A stretch of DNA of 64,000 nt from a virus (IMGVR_UViG_3300030202_003733:96001-160000), one strand, 5' to 3'; shown: positions 18,765 through 29,674, counted from the stretch's first letter. Numbers and translations are program-made. The notes: generated by a model from the letters alone, not told the origin.

Positions 18765-19939
18765 TATTCGCCCTCCTCATCGCAGTCATCATCTAGCTCT
18801 GGGCATGCCTCATAAGCCGACTCTGTCTCATATATATCCACGAGGGCTATTTCTGTTGTTGTGCCGCTTTCAATACCCGTATCAACATAGAAACCCTTGG
18901 ATTTCATAAATTCAAGTGATTTTATTAAAACGCTTTCATCTATTTCTTCATCCACGAGGATATCAAAATATGTGCTAGTCAAAAGATCAGAAGGGTAACT
19001 GCCCTTTGTCGCCCTAATCTTAGCATTTATCTGTTCATCTTCTAACAATAAGTTGTCTTCTACTACTTCTACTTTTTTATTAAAGTATATCTTTCTAAGT
19101 CGTTCCTCTATTCTGCTCCTGGCTGTGCCTGAGGTTTCGCCAACATTATGAGACACGTAATCACCAAGACTTAAGTCCTCTACTTCAAAAACTTCTATTT
19201 CAAATTTATCATTAATATATTTGCTTCCATCCTCTTCGATGCTGAGTAAAAGATAGTCTGGCCTGATATCCAAAGTCTTTCCGTCAGGAAACTGGACCGA
19301 CAACTCAAAATCACTTTTAAACTTTGGATCATCTATTAAAGATATAGTATATTCCACGCTGGAGCTAAGTTGAGGTATATTAGTCGTGGGCTGTGATGAT
19401 ACTGTAGTGGCGTCTGAAGAACCAGTTAGTTCACCATTTAAATAATAAATTTTCCAAGATGCATTGTTTTTGGTCAAATTATCAGTTTTTCCCAAAACAT
19501 CAGACATACAATAATACGGCACTTTCTGGGGTGTCGCCGAGAAGGTAGAATATTTTACGGTCTCGCCAAATTGTGTTGTTAGTTCAACTCCCGCCGGGCC
19601 TGCTGCCTCGGGGCCCGGTGCGAACATGCCTGTATCAAATTTAACTCCCTCAAAATCAGCGCCCTCATCAAATGCTAAAAGATAATAGTCAGTGGTATAT
19701 GTTTCAGAACTCTTAAATACTGCCTGTGTCCTGAGTTGTGGGGTGTCGTCTTGGATTCGTTTTTGTATATCTTTAGTAGCGGTTGCAGCGATCCCTGGTG
19801 CTTTTCTTGAATCATACAGTACGTTGTTGTCATGAAAGGAATAATACACAGGTTTTAGTTTGCCAAGAGACAGTAGATATTCTCCCCACGGGGTGAGTTG
19901 CAAATCTAAGACATCTTCTTTCTTATCCATAAATTTCAT
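18764..19939 (-). CDS. Virion structural protein, distant paralog of 11196-12095
   Basis: N-terminus DVLDLQLTPWGEYLLSLGKLKPVYYSFHDNNVLYD aligns by eye with DIILDAVLTDSGRQRLARG..FNVTKFSFGDEEINY. Confidence 0.45.
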   Translation of the reverse strand: MKFMDKKEDVLDLQLTPWGEYLLSLGKLKPVYYSFHDNNVLYDSRKAPGIAATATKDIQKRIQDDTPQLRTQAVFKSSETYTTDYYLLAFDEGADFEGVKFDTGMFAPGPEAAGPAGVELTTQFGETVKYSTFSATPQKVPYYCMSDVLGKTDNLTKNNASWKIYYLNGELTGSSDATTVSSQPTTNIPQLSSSVEYTISLIDDPKFKSDFELSVQFPDGKTLDIRPDYLLLSIEEDGSKYINDKFEIEVFEVEDLSLGDYVSHNVGETSGTARSRIEERLRKIYFNKKVEVVEDNLLLEDEQINAKIRATKGSYPSDLLTSTYFDILVDEEIDESVLIKSLEFMKSKGFYVDTGIESGTTTEIALVDIYETESAYEACPELDDDCDEEGE

Positions 19940-22900
19940 TTAATCGCCCACCTTTCGTACAGCCTCGTTGTGTGCGTCCCCAAAGGACATCCCGGCTTCC
20001 ATAGAGTTTACCATTTCTAATATGTGTTCCGAAGAGTGGTGTTGGGAGTGGGCTCTAAGATCTGATTGCTGTTGTATGGTCAATCTAGACACGTCTATAT
20101 TGTTAACTGTTGGTACAGAATCAGATTCAATGCGACCGGTCGCAGAATTTCCGGTATCTAAAGTAATTTCTGTATCCAATTTAACAAACTCAACTAAAGA
20201 AAAGAAATCATATGGCCAGTTGTAGCTGTATTTTTCCTTTTGTGTCCTTCCAAGGGTAACCCCAAAATCATAAACATCACTCTTCCCCTTACTACTAATT
20301 ACCTGCTCATAGTAATTTGTCTCTGCTTTTTGCTTAACTTTAAAGACCATAAATTTCATATTGTTCATATTACTTGGCTTGAGCATCTCACCGACCATCA
20401 GAGGGTGTGTGATAGTAGATTCGGCTTGCTCAAAAGAGGCTCCAATATCGGGTGGTATATTTTGCCAGATGTATGATAAATCATCTTTAGATAGAGTCTG
20501 TGAAAACTCAAATACATACATGGCCACAGGTTTGACCGCGTTAGGGAAATTGATAAAGTCCATATATGGAGGGAATACATACTCATTCATAGCTGTAACT
20601 AGCTTCCCAACTGAAGACTCTGGCGTGGCATTTCTAATGGTATTTTTGGGAATATTAAAAAATTTCTTTCCAGCGCCTGTTTCCATAAATGGAACAACAA
20701 CCACTGCCTCTTTAACAACTTTGCTGTCTGAAAGTTCGCCCAGCCTAGTAGAGGTTTTCTCGAATGGTACAACATCCAATAGAGATTTAATTCGACCGCT
20801 ATCATATTTATTAGTCACTAAAGCTGGGGCATACGACAATCTGTTATGAATCCAGTTTCTTGGAATCTCTTCAATTTCAAGAAAGATGCCTTTGTCGGGT
20901 GCATCTGGCATAAGCCCAAACTGGTGCCACATACCTCTTGGTACCGACTCGGAGCCGTGCTGTGGAATAGTTAAAGTTCCTTTATTTATATCGGTTTGGA
21001 ATCTACCGTCTGACGCGGTTATGGGCCTGACGCTATTATCGGCAAAATTAAGCATTGGTGTTTCAAATTTTGGCTGTATTACCCACACACCCTTGTTGTC
21101 AGTCTCGGTATCAGACACAGATGTCACATTGCCAAATTCATCATATTCAATATTTTTTTCTGTAGCCCGACCAAAGATGTTCAGTGAAGCTGAGACTTGC
21201 ATCGCGTTCTTATTGATATTTTGTCTCGAATAAATACTACAAAGTTCTGTGGTTGGCCCTCCATTGGGGCCGGTCATTGTGTGTTCATCAAATCTAAACG
21301 GCACTTGGCTTGCACTAGTAAAAATTTCTCTTAATGTGTGTCTGTCCGACGATGCAGAGAATATTATATCGTACCAAGCTTCCCCATCATAGTATGGTGG
21401 AGTGAACCCAGGGTTTAAACCACCAAGAGAGTCCATCCGAAGTCTATTAAAATTACCATCCTTTCTGCCGGAGCCCGGTGGACCAAAAGCGCTCGGCCTA
21501 CTGTACATGGTAAATGTTTCTCGTATATTGTTGTTCAATACTTCACCAAGTGTAAGGTTCGGAACAGGGAATGGGCTAATAGTAGTGTTGTCCGCGCCAG
21601 TACCAGAAACATAAGTTCTTGGCTGGTTGTAGCTTCTTCTAAGCTTAATTCTTGCGGCGTAGTATTGCCCAGGAACAAACTGTTTAAATTCATTTTCCGG
21701 CTTGGACCTAAGAGTGGTAAACTTTCCGTCTGGAAGGAAGAAAGACGGAACTTCAGCAAAAAAATTGCTCGCCATCATACTATAAAGACTGTCCCCATCT
21801 CCTGTCCAAGAAGCTGTAACATTTAGGCGACAATCAGTATGTGGTTCCATATCGACCATAGTCATATTTTTAACGTGCCTTTCTGGATTGACGATGGCCT
21901 CAAACGGTATTCTCCTATCAAAACTTGCTGTACCCAGCCCAGTGCTGCCGGGGTCTGGCCCTCTAGGCGATCCGGAAACTATCATGTGATAGTCAAAACC
22001 TTTTGCTACTCCCGAGGTTTGTACATAATACGACCCAGTGAATATTGGGTAATCTACTGCAAGACCGGACTTTATAGAGTTATACATAATGCCAGGCGCA
22101 TATGCCCAATTCATAAATGGTCTCCATGCGGCTTTTGGATAAAGCGTAGCATCTTGTACAGTTTGACTTGAAGTTGCATTTATATATTTGCCATAGGACT
22201 TCGAAAATTGCGAGGCCAACTCTAGCGTTCTCTCCGCTGGGTAGAACCCGTTGTAGGGTAAGAATTTTTTAAGCGCTTTCATTTTTAGTGTTAATGAAGA
22301 GGGCTTAGCCAGCCGCCTATGATCGGTTTTCATTATTTCAAAATATTTCATGAAATCGCTAAAAGAGAAAATGGTGTAAAAATTATCAACACTACTATTA
22401 TTAGGAACATCCGAACTGTCAGGAATACCAAACATACTAAATGATGATGTGTTGTCTGCCAGGAAGTTGTTACTAGAAGATACAACATATTTTTCTATAT
22501 GTTCGCTTATTCTAAATTCAGGTACTAAACTATAATCTTTATTTAGAAGTCTTAAACTCTCTGCGTAGTCTTGGTAAGAGTCATACCAAGGATTTCTTGA
22601 AGCCGAAACAAAAACACCATCAACGACCTTGCCTGCGGTGCGACCAGCATCCCAAGCAGCGTTTCCGCCGGAAATCTGCATAACTCCCAGAGGGAAGTTG
22701 CCGGCGGGTATAGCAACAGAACGCGTCTCAGGTATGTTTATAACGCCACCCGCGTTACCGTATCCCACTACAGAGCCTGTTGCAGATAACATGTGTTTTC
22801 TGGCATACAACGCTGAAGCTGTCAGGTGTGTTTTGTCAGTATGGTGTACTTGAACATAGTTATTTTGTAGCTCGCCCGACTTCTTATCTGAAGCGCTATA

Positions 22901-25900
22901 GTTTATAGTTGCTACAACGAGACCAGTTTCAAAATCCTCGTTAGGATCAAGTGACCAGGCACTTTGTTCTATCCCGTCCATACCAAAAACCGTCTTTTTG
23001 TCAGCACCAAGGGTGGTCCTTTTCAGTCTATCGTCTCTCCAGAAATTGTTTGCAAAGTCAGTTCTTTCTCTAATTTTATTAGAATACACATTTTTTTCAG
23101 AGGGATAAACGGTTTCCGAGCACACTAGCTTAATAAAATTATCTCTGTTATATTTATCCTTCATAATATTATAAGTTAATTTCTTGTCAGAGACGGGTGT
23201 ATATCTACGTGACAATTCGTCGTTGCTGTACAAAGAAACCACATTTGCATATGAGCTTTTAACAGAGATGGGAACTGAGTTATGCATGATCACTTGCTGG
23301 ACCGGCTTATACTTGGATATAACAGGCGATTCTCTATAGTGTAGTATCTTGCCATACCTTGCCGGGGCCTGTACCTCATACGCGGAGCCAGTATCGGAAC
23401 CCCTTGTATGCCTTGTAATTGTATCTTCTTGTAAAACAGATACCGTATGGTTGGCAACCAATGCCCTGGCAACAGGGTGCTCCCCTGTCCTAATCTGCTT
23501 CCACATGGGGTATCCGTAAGGGCCGTTCCTTTGGAGCATTAAGCCATTAAAAATAGCCACTGTGGCTAGGGCCTCGCTTGTACGCATCCTCTGAACAAAA
23601 GCCTCTGCATTAACGGTCGCGCCTTGCCATAGCTTTCCACCTTCATCGCCATGATTAAGATAATAGCCAACATCGTGGTCAAGGACATAGCCAAGTTGAT
23701 TGTCTGACGCCGTTACAGGGTCCCTTATCCCTAAATTAAGTTTTACAAAAGCAGCAACGGGAGAGTGTTCTCCAAAAGCAATTCCAGTTGCTTCTTTTGG
23801 ATTGTAAACAAAGACCGCTTGGGGAGCCTGTCTCGTTGTTTTGAAATCGCTCGCGCTTGCAAAAGTAATAGCCGAGCTATAACCAGAAGAAGCAGAGTAC
23901 TCACCATCGGGGTGAGCATAACCAAGAATCTCTGCGGATTTAGACCCATGAAGATAGTCAGATCCCTTGTTTGCCAAAGCGCCCGTTATCCAAGCATACT
24001 GCAAGTCGCTCTGGGGAATAGGCATGCTCACAAAGCCATTACTAAACACCGTGCCCGTTGTATAGTTGGCAGGCTGAAAATCTTTTCTGGAGTTGCCGCC
24101 AGCATGGGTGTCTGTTTCTTTGTACACTATTTGCCTACGAGTGTTTCTATTGGTGTTATGGAAGCTCGCAACGGTCGTAGAACCAGATTTATATCCAAGA
24201 CTCTCAGCATGTTCTTTAAGGAACGTCCTGTTCAGAACCTTTCTTACGGACATATTTCTTGTGTTAAGGTCGTTGTAAGGCGAGTATTGTCCAGACTCAA
24301 AGTCCAAGCCAACACCACCAAGTGCATCTCCTGCGGTTTCGGGGCCTCCCGGAGCCGAGAACCTTTCCACAATAACATGCTCCGACTTATCTCGGGCAAC
24401 TTTTTCATAATCATTTACTCCGGAGACAAAAGTTGATACAAGAGCGCCTGTAGTAAAACCCTCAGATTTTATTAAAGTTCTATTGTTCAACGATCTGTCA
24501 GAGGACATGACCAGTTCATAATGTTTTGTAAAGTTGCCTATGCTGCTTACCAACGTACCAGAGACGTGGCGGGTGTGGTCATGTCTATGTTTAATATTTC
24601 TGATATTCACCGGTCTTTTTGCCACCTCTTCCCTCATAAACATAGCCTTTGGCCTTGTGGGGTTACCCCCATGCGCGGGGTGAAAAAAGCTAACGCCCTC
24701 AGTGGGAAGACGAAGATCCCAGGCTTCGGGGCGATCTGGGAATCCAAATGAATTTACGTTGGCATTGTAAGTAAGGTCATTGTCTGGGCGACCTGGGTTG
24801 AGGTTTTGGGTGAGAAATACGTGTCTGTGTTGGTGGCCCCCAACAAATCTTTCGGTGAATGGTCCCTGCATCCCGTGCTCACCAGAGTCGTACCCGTCAA
24901 CGTGCAGGTTATCAATTGATGTAGCCTCATCATTAAGAAGTTGGTGGTAGCCTGTTTGAATGGATTGATTGGACGCTGAGCCCAGCGCTGAGGGGGTGAA
25001 TGGAAGAATTTTAGATGCTTCTAGTAAATTTTCGTCGCGGACGCCACCACCTCCGGAATATTTCCTCACCTGTTTTATCTTATACTTCTGTTTTAAATTT
25101 GGATTTACTTCATCGTTTACATTCACGTTATACAATGAGGTTGAATCCTCAGTATATTTATCTGTGACAAATACTAGGCGTTGGTTGGGGGAGTGGTCAA
25201 AAGGCAAATTGGCCTTGAAAGCAAAGGGCTTCTTGCCCTCAGGGAAATTCACACCATTATGGATATAATTTTTTCTTGTATAATTGCCAGGATTTGTAGT
25301 GTTATAACCATGGGTATCTGACCTACCAGTTATTTTCAATGGAACACTGTTGTTTCTTTTTTGATTCTGTCTTGATATGTTCAGCAGGTTCTTCTTGACA
25401 GAAGTAACAATATTGCTGACCCCTGTGTTTAAGCTGGCGTTGTCTCTCTCGGCCCTGTTTTTCCACCAATAAGCGTTGTCTTTCTCACTTGCGCGGCGTC
25501 CACCAGTGAAACCAGCAATCGTAGTTTGGCTTATGTCGTCGGTAATAGTTGTATTGGCAGAGTCTCCTATATGAGCCTGCGTAAGGGTTATGGACTGCTC
25601 CCCGTCGTCCTCGTCTGGCACAGCAGAGACAGTAATTTTACCATTGTGCCCATTCGCGTGTTCTATTGCAGCCTTGAGTTGAACAAGAAAATCGTTTTGT
25701 GTTGAAACAGTGCCAGTTGTGTTGATGGCGACAGCAATTCCCCTTGCCAGTGCTGAGCCTGCTGTGCTCGCGCCTGTGTCTGTCCCAGCCTCTAAAACAG
25801 TTCCGGTTGCGACAGTCGTCGCGTTATCATCAACGATAACATAAGTTAACTCTTGGCCGTCAGCAGAAGTTATAACTATGCTTTCTTTTTCACTCATGCC

Positions 25901-28900
25901 ACAATTAGCGTCTCCATCTGCGACAGTAATAGTTGCAGTTGCAAAAGCCGGGCTAACAGTCGGAGCGTGTGCGTATCTCCAGTTCAGGGTGTTGGGGTCT
26001 GGATAAAAATAATTTACGCCTTTTATCCCAGCCTCGATCGTTCCTTTTTTAAGTTCAAGACCGGGGAACTTATTGTGATATTTACTTCTTTCTAGGGCAT
26101 GGCTTTCAATAACAGTCCTAACTTCTCCAGAAGAATTAGCAGATATTGGAACCAACTGATTAAGAAACTCTGACAAGGACGAGTCTAACCATTTATAATA
26201 TTTAACATACTTGTCAATGTCTGGGGCGTTAAACTGCTTTTCAAAGAAAAGCTGCCTTAGCTTGCCCATTTCTTTATAATCTTGCCTATATCTGTTGACC
26301 GGGTCTCCGATCAAATTATTAAAACCTACTATCGTGGAAAATAAATTAATCATCTCCTCGGAGATCGTTTGATACATGCTCTTTTCGATAGCAAAGAAAT
26401 TGTTTATTGGTCTGCTTGTTCTATCAAACTGTTCGTCATCAAACGTAAGAATATTAACTGTATCTGAACTATCTAGAACTTCAGGCAGTCTCTGTCTTGA
26501 AGCATAAACAAGCCTCTCATTAATGGACCCAGTATTATCTGTCTCGAAACTATAGCCCCTACCCCCAAAATAAGACTGTAAATTAAATTTAGTATTGGCC
26601 GCCACTATCGGATATCTGTCACCCTTTAGCCCATAGGATCCGGGGTGAGCGGTGCTATAAGCTTCGCTACTGCCAGAACTAAAGTCTCTAACTTGAAACT
26701 GTCCGTCAGTGTCCGAGCCTGTGACATCTGCAAAATTCCAATGAAGCAACAAGGTGTCCATTTCTGGAATATATGAACTACTGATGCCATCCGGGCTATT
26801 TATCAAATGATCCTGTTTCTCACGGAAAAACGCGGCATTTCTGTAAGGGTTTGGAGTCCCGTATGAAAGTGGATCTTTTGCGTGAGCTAAAATAGTATCA
26901 TTATCTATGTTATGTTGCCAAAGTCTAAAAGAAGTTGCCTCAACATCAGAAAATTGTGCGACTGCGCCAGTAAAATTTTCACGGCGGGCACCGACATAAT
27001 ATCGTCTATTAACAGAGATGTATCTCGCAGCCGTTGAGGTCGTAGAACTAGTGGTTAGAAGAAACTCATTTTGAACAGCGCCCAGTTTAGTGTTGACACC
27101 ATAGAATTCAAATTCCATATAATTGTCCCCAGTCTTAAAAACGTTGGAGCCTGTGGTGAGCCCAATTTGAGAGGACTTCTGTTTCGGGTTCAGACGCCTA
27201 ACCGCAAAATTCCATTTAGTATCATCATATACATCCTTAAACAAGCTTGTCGTAAGATGGACCGTTACCGAGCCCGCCTGGAGGCTGCTCGTCAGCAAGA
27301 AGTAGGCATCTTTAGAGCCAACTTCAGGGCGGATTGCAAACAATTGCAAACCCCACTCGGATCCATTGCCTATTCCCAACCACTTGAACGCAGCGGGATT
27401 CTTCGCGCTCTGCACACCGTGGGAACCATAGATTGAAGATGTGATAAACGGAGTTATAAAATAATTTTTAGAATTTACTGGGGGTTTCTTGGGGAAAATT
27501 ACTTCAATTTCTTCAGTGAAATCAAAGTGCTCTCCCAGATTCGTCGCGCTGCCAGAGACATTCGTAACGGCGTGGCCGTATTCTGATTCCCCCGTCGCAA
27601 CGGTGTCAGAGGAGGACTGTTGAACAACAACCCCAGCGAATCTGTTGGGATGGTTGAAGCTGACATAATTTTTTCTAACAGCAGTATCTTTCCGGTTATC
27701 TTCCAATTTATAAGTAACATTATCGCCATACATGTTAATTTTGATTAGCTCATCATCGACGCCATAACATCTAATAAGATTTCTAAAAGATTTTTCTGTT
27801 CCCTTTGATTTATAAATGTAAGTCAGATTATTGTAGATATTTTGATAAATTAGATTTTTTATATCACTTAACTCTTCTTCATAGATCCTTTCTCCGTCTT
27901 TTGATTTGATTCTAGAGACTATATCAGAGTCAACAAAAATTTCCGGTGTCATCATACCCGCATTCTCTAAAAGTTTATTAGAAAACGGATAAGGTTTTAA
28001 ACTTGAGCTTGTATAGCGTGTATCTTTTATATCAGGTATTTCTCGAACTTGTAAATGAAGCTGGTCGAAGTAGCTGGCTATTATCTGGGTGAGATTTAGT
28101 ATCTCACCCTTCTTTTCTTGATGGCTATCTTCATCGATTATCCAAGATGGAAGCGTATAATAAATTGATGAGTTGTTTATATAGTCATGAGCACTGCCGG
28201 ACGATTGAAGTTCTGCGTACAGATTGGCAACATCAGCGTGTTCTTTGTATATTATTGGGTCTCTAAATTCTTTAAAGGCCGCGCTCGCAGATACAATAGC
28301 GGAACCAGTATTTCTAGAATTGGGTGCTCCTCCACCATAACCGGAGCCACTAACCCACGCACCATTTGAGATTCGACCCGAATAGTCTAGCACAGATGCG
28401 TCAACAGAGCTAGTGCCAGTTATACCCTCATTAAATTTATAGTAAACGCCCAACTCTGCGTTAGCTATGTCCTCGTTGGTTCCACCCCCTACTTGTGTGA
28501 ACCAATTCGTTCCTATGTCTTTGCTAGTCCTCTTGGTTTTCCAATATCTAAACTCGTCCAGAGATGCTGACAATTTGCCGTAACCATTAAAATCAGCAGA
28601 GGCAGTTGTGTCGGTGACAGTATAGGGGGCAGTTTGTATTGCTCCAAGGTATGCCTTCATCGAACCGGTTATCTCGCCCCACTGGTCGACTGACGAGGAT
28701 GTGGCCGTTTCTTTTAAAACACCATTAACATAAAATTTTGCCTCAAACGTGTTGTCTGTCTGCTGGAGAAAAGAGAACGCGTAATGGGTCCAACCAGAGG
28801 TCGCTATAGATGCTGTCGTTACGGAGGAGCTATAACCAAAGGACAAATCCCACACATTCGCGTTTGAGTTGGCCCCAGAGGCTATTTGGATTCTAAATGG

Positions 28901-29674
28901 ATCAGCGTTGTGTCCGGTCGTGCCATTATTCGCAGTGCCCGACAGGAATATGTTTAACCGACCAAACTGCTCACTACCAGAGGGTTTACCATTCCAAAGA
29001 TCAAACACGGACTCTTTATAAGAATTAGTTACATCCCATCCTTCCTTATTCATCCAGAACTCTACAGTGACACCCTTAGAAACATCAAATTTTAAGTTAG
29101 ACTCTCTGGTGCCTTTTCTGTCCCCTGCAAGGACACCTTCGGTCTCGTATATGTCTGTGTCGTATATGTTAGAAGACGAAAATGCAGAGTGTATTGTTTT
29201 GCCCACCATGCCGTTAGAAGCGGTATGTGGACCTCCCTTCACAACTATATATTCATAATCAGCGGCGGCGGGAGCACCCCATTGTTCATCGTTTGCTAGC
29301 GTATTAGCTAAGGAGCCCCATGTGTCATCACTAAATTTTATGTAACCAGTGGTTCTAGGGTAGCGCTCATTGAACACATATAGGTCTAAGTAAGAGGAGC
29401 TATTTAAAAATTGGGTTTTTTCAAGGTTTGACCCGTCATATGGATATGTTTTATATATTCTCTCCACGGCATCGGTGTAATACTTTTCGGCAGAACCATA
29501 AAAAGCAAAATTCGAAGCAGAGGAGAAATCAACATTTGGTATAAAACGAGATTTTTCTTCAAGCTTTGCCTCAATATTTTTACGAGACTCTGCCTCCAGA
29601 CCTAGTGTTTGAAGGTCTGTGGACTCTAAAACTTTAAACGAACCCGCTTTGTCAAATAAGTTCTTTGTACTCAT
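19940..29674 (-). CDS. Giant (3244 aa) virion protein with LamG/concanavalin-A-like domains
   Basis: GVTVEFWMNK...GWTHYAFSF...KFYVNGVLK...ASLDEFRYWK is a LamG signature; a second degenerate LamG-like region follows (WNFAVR...ATSFRLWQHNID..ILAH). Confidence 0.7.
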   Translation of the reverse strand: MSTKNLFDKAGSFKVLESTDLQTLGLEAESRKNIEAKLEEKSRFIPNVDFSSASNFAFYGSAEKYYTDAVERIYKTYPYDGSNLEKTQFLNSSSYLDLYVFNERYPRTTGYIKFSDDTWGSLANTLANDEQWGAPAAADYEYIVVKGGPHTASNGMVGKTIHSAFSSSNIYDTDIYETEGVLAGDRKGTRESNLKFDVSKGVTVEFWMNKEGWDVTNSYKESVFDLWNGKPSGSEQFGRLNIFLSGTANNGTTGHNADPFRIQIASGANSNANVWDLSFGYSSSVTTASIATSGWTHYAFSFLQQTDNTFEAKFYVNGVLKETATSSSVDQWGEITGSMKAYLGAIQTAPYTVTDTTASADFNGYGKLSASLDEFRYWKTKRTSKDIGTNWFTQVGGGTNEDIANAELGVYYKFNEGITGTSSVDASVLDYSGRISNGAWVSGSGYGGGAPNSRNTGSAIVSASAAFKEFRDPIIYKEHADVANLYAELQSSGSAHDYINNSSIYYTLPSWIIDEDSHQEKKGEILNLTQIIASYFDQLHLQVREIPDIKDTRYTSSSLKPYPFSNKLLENAGMMTPEIFVDSDIVSRIKSKDGERIYEEELSDIKNLIYQNIYNNLTYIYKSKGTEKSFRNLIRCYGVDDELIKINMYGDNVTYKLEDNRKDTAVRKNYVSFNHPNRFAGVVVQQSSSDTVATGESEYGHAVTNVSGSATNLGEHFDFTEEIEVIFPKKPPVNSKNYFITPFITSSIYGSHGVQSAKNPAAFKWLGIGNGSEWGLQLFAIRPEVGSKDAYFLLTSSLQAGSVTVHLTTSLFKDVYDDTKWNFAVRRLNPKQKSSQIGLTTGSNVFKTGDNYMEFEFYGVNTKLGAVQNEFLLTTSSTTSTAARYISVNRRYYVGARRENFTGAVAQFSDVEATSFRLWQHNIDNDTILAHAKDPLSYGTPNPYRNAAFFREKQDHLINSPDGISSSYIPEMDTLLLHWNFADVTGSDTDGQFQVRDFSSGSSEAYSTAHPGSYGLKGDRYPIVAANTKFNLQSYFGGRGYSFETDNTGSINERLVYASRQRLPEVLDSSDTVNILTFDDEQFDRTSRPINNFFAIEKSMYQTISEEMINLFSTIVGFNNLIGDPVNRYRQDYKEMGKLRQLFFEKQFNAPDIDKYVKYYKWLDSSLSEFLNQLVPISANSSGEVRTVIESHALERSKYHNKFPGLELKKGTIEAGIKGVNYFYPDPNTLNWRYAHAPTVSPAFATATITVADGDANCGMSEKESIVITSADGQELTYVIVDDNATTVATGTVLEAGTDTGASTAGSALARGIAVAINTTGTVSTQNDFLVQLKAAIEHANGHNGKITVSAVPDEDDGEQSITLTQAHIGDSANTTITDDISQTTIAGFTGGRRASEKDNAYWWKNRAERDNASLNTGVSNIVTSVKKNLLNISRQNQKRNNSVPLKITGRSDTHGYNTTNPGNYTRKNYIHNGVNFPEGKKPFAFKANLPFDHSPNQRLVFVTDKYTEDSTSLYNVNVNDEVNPNLKQKYKIKQVRKYSGGGGVRDENLLEASKILPFTPSALGSASNQSIQTGYHQLLNDEATSIDNLHVDGYDSGEHGMQGPFTERFVGGHQHRHVFLTQNLNPGRPDNDLTYNANVNSFGFPDRPEAWDLRLPTEGVSFFHPAHGGNPTRPKAMFMREEVAKRPVNIRNIKHRHDHTRHVSGTLVSSIGNFTKHYELVMSSDRSLNNRTLIKSEGFTTGALVSTFVSGVNDYEKVARDKSEHVIVERFSAPGGPETAGDALGGVGLDFESGQYSPYNDLNTRNMSVRKVLNRTFLKEHAESLGYKSGSTTVASFHNTNRNTRRQIVYKETDTHAGGNSRKDFQPANYTTGTVFSNGFVSMPIPQSDLQYAWITGALANKGSDYLHGSKSAEILGYAHPDGEYSASSGYSSAITFASASDFKTTRQAPQAVFVYNPKEATGIAFGEHSPVAAFVKLNLGIRDPVTASDNQLGYVLDHDVGYYLNHGDEGGKLWQGATVNAEAFVQRMRTSEALATVAIFNGLMLQRNGPYGYPMWKQIRTGEHPVARALVANHTVSVLQEDTITRHTRGSDTGSAYEVQAPARYGKILHYRESPVISKYKPVQQVIMHNSVPISVKSSYANVVSLYSNDELSRRYTPVSDKKLTYNIMKDKYNRDNFIKLVCSETVYPSEKNVYSNKIRERTDFANNFWRDDRLKRTTLGADKKTVFGMDGIEQSAWSLDPNEDFETGLVVATINYSASDKKSGELQNNYVQVHHTDKTHLTASALYARKHMLSATGSVVGYGNAGGVINIPETRSVAIPAGNFPLGVMQISGGNAAWDAGRTAGKVVDGVFVSASRNPWYDSYQDYAESLRLLNKDYSLVPEFRISEHIEKYVVSSSNNFLADNTSSFSMFGIPDSSDVPNNSSVDNFYTIFSFSDFMKYFEIMKTDHRRLAKPSSLTLKMKALKKFLPYNGFYPAERTLELASQFSKSYGKYINATSSQTVQDATLYPKAAWRPFMNWAYAPGIMYNSIKSGLAVDYPIFTGSYYVQTSGVAKGFDYHMIVSGSPRGPDPGSTGLGTASFDRRIPFEAIVNPERHVKNMTMVDMEPHTDCRLNVTASWTGDGDSLYSMMASNFFAEVPSFFLPDGKFTTLRSKPENEFKQFVPGQYYAARIKLRRSYNQPRTYVSGTGADNTTISPFPVPNLTLGEVLNNNIRETFTMYSRPSAFGPPGSGRKDGNFNRLRMDSLGGLNPGFTPPYYDGEAWYDIIFSASSDRHTLREIFTSASQVPFRFDEHTMTGPNGGPTTELCSIYSRQNINKNAMQVSASLNIFGRATEKNIEYDEFGNVTSVSDTETDNKGVWVIQPKFETPMLNFADNSVRPITASDGRFQTDINKGTLTIPQHGSESVPRGMWHQFGLMPDAPDKGIFLEIEEIPRNWIHNRLSYAPALVTNKYDSGRIKSLLDVVPFEKTSTRLGELSDSKVVKEAVVVVPFMETGAGKKFFNIPKNTIRNATPESSVGKLVTAMNEYVFPPYMDFINFPNAVKPVAMYVFEFSQTLSKDDLSYIWQNIPPDIGASFEQAESTITHPLMVGEMLKPSNMNNMKFMVFKVKQKAETNYYEQVISSKGKSDVYDFGVTLGRTQKEKYSYNWPYDFFSLVEFVKLDTEITLDTGNSATGRIESDSVPTVNNIDVSRLTIQQQSDLRAHSQHHSSEHILEMVNSMEAGMSFGDAHNEAVRKVGD

